From Camelus dromedarius (taxonomy: Eukaryota): a DNA stretch of 64,000 bases. The notes below the pieces were generated by a model, which was not told where the DNA came from, did no database searches, and saw only the letters and a list, made by a program, of their open reading frames with translations. The number at the start of each line of letters is the position of its first letter. The first letter of the stretch is position 1. The position numbers and the translations under genes are program-made. Location of the stretch: NCBI RefSeq assembly GCF_036321535.1, contig NC_087436.1:17732001-17796000 (forward strand). Direction: 5' to 3'. Positions 63,012 to 64,000 of this stretch are shown piece by piece.

Positions 63012-64000
63012 AGAGACGACTACAGTGAATATTTCATTTCATTTTTCTCTATCCACATGTGCACACATCATTTTCTTTCAAAATTTATTTTTCACCATTT
63101 TGCAATACACCTTTATTGTGTAATATATTGTTTGTATTTTCTCATGTCATAAATATTCTCTTACGAATTTTAGTGGCTGAGTATTAATTCATGGTACGAA
63201 TATGCACTGGTTTAACAAGCTGATCTTGTGTTAGATATTTCTTGAAATTTTATCAAATTTAGACAACAATTAAATACGTTTTCTCATAACAAAAGCAATT
63301 CGTATATACTGTAGACTTTTGGAGGAAAATGTACAAAGAAGAAAAGAGGTTTATCACATTCTGAAAAATGATTTGTATGTTGTTTGAAAGATAAGGCTCT
63401 ATGAAAACATATGTCTGAAACTGCTATTAAGTCAGTGGAAAAATAATGCATCTCTAGATATATTGCATTTCTTGAGAATATGTAAATTTTCAAGAATGCA
63501 AATATTGTATAAAGGTAAATATAATTGCAAATATTGTATTTTTCACAGCTATGAATATTTTTCTCTTAATATCTGATACTGACACTAAACAAAATTCTTC
63601 TAAACACATACATGTTAAATATGTTTGTAAGAAATAACTTCTTAAAGTATACACTAGCATTCCAGAAATTCTACCCGTGAACAAGGTAGAAAGTAACCTT
63701 TCTGAAAATTTCCACTGCATTTTAATCACATATGAAATAGAGAGAGATTCATTTTGTAAATGTTATGCAAAATTTCTGACCTGGGAATTTTAGAAAATAC
63801 AAGTTATTTCTCCCAAATATATAAGACTTAAGCAAGCATACTTGGACCTGAATTTGTGGTTCTAGGAAACATAAACATGATTAATATATCATAAATATAG
63901 TCACCCTTTGCCATTTCAACAAGTGAAAGGTAGACTTGTGAATATATGAATACCAGAACATGTGCCAAAATGCTATCATATTTTTATTACTTGCTGCTGT

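Noticed and set aside
1..64000. CRISPR array, operon, prophage or other prokaryote-type system
   Set aside because: The sequence is mammalian repeat-rich DNA with no regularly spaced repeats and no dense coding structure.

Overview
Repeat-dense, AT-rich eutherian genomic DNA, most likely from a camelid. Two tRNA-Ala-derived Vic-1-type SINEs and cetartiodactyl-type L1 3' ends are present, and I recognised no Alu, B1, Bov-tA/BovB, PRE-1 or SINEC elements. I found no recognisable host protein-coding exon, rRNA or true tRNA gene; the long ORFs are L1 ORF2 remnants or chance ORFs. The window is a layered fossil record of L1 (old L1M and younger lineage-specific), L2, MIR, ERVL internal sequence and LTRs, MaLR LTRs and hAT/TcMar DNA transposons, with several clean target-site duplications (TSDs). 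I see no convincing new biological system. The most notable signals are a ~190-nt imperfect hairpin at 33.3 kb and a set of local copying events. These are a 115-bp templated insertion into a MER5A, a 260-bp displaced duplicate, an inverted L1 ORF2 duplicate, an apparent L1-L1 gene-conversion tract, a tail-less internal L1 insertion and a poly(A)-only insertion. A CpG-retaining CRE/RFX-motif region near 19.8-21.6 kb also carries a speculative spliced small ORF. Repeat family names come from my recollection of consensus sequences; boundaries are approximate unless a TSD is quoted.
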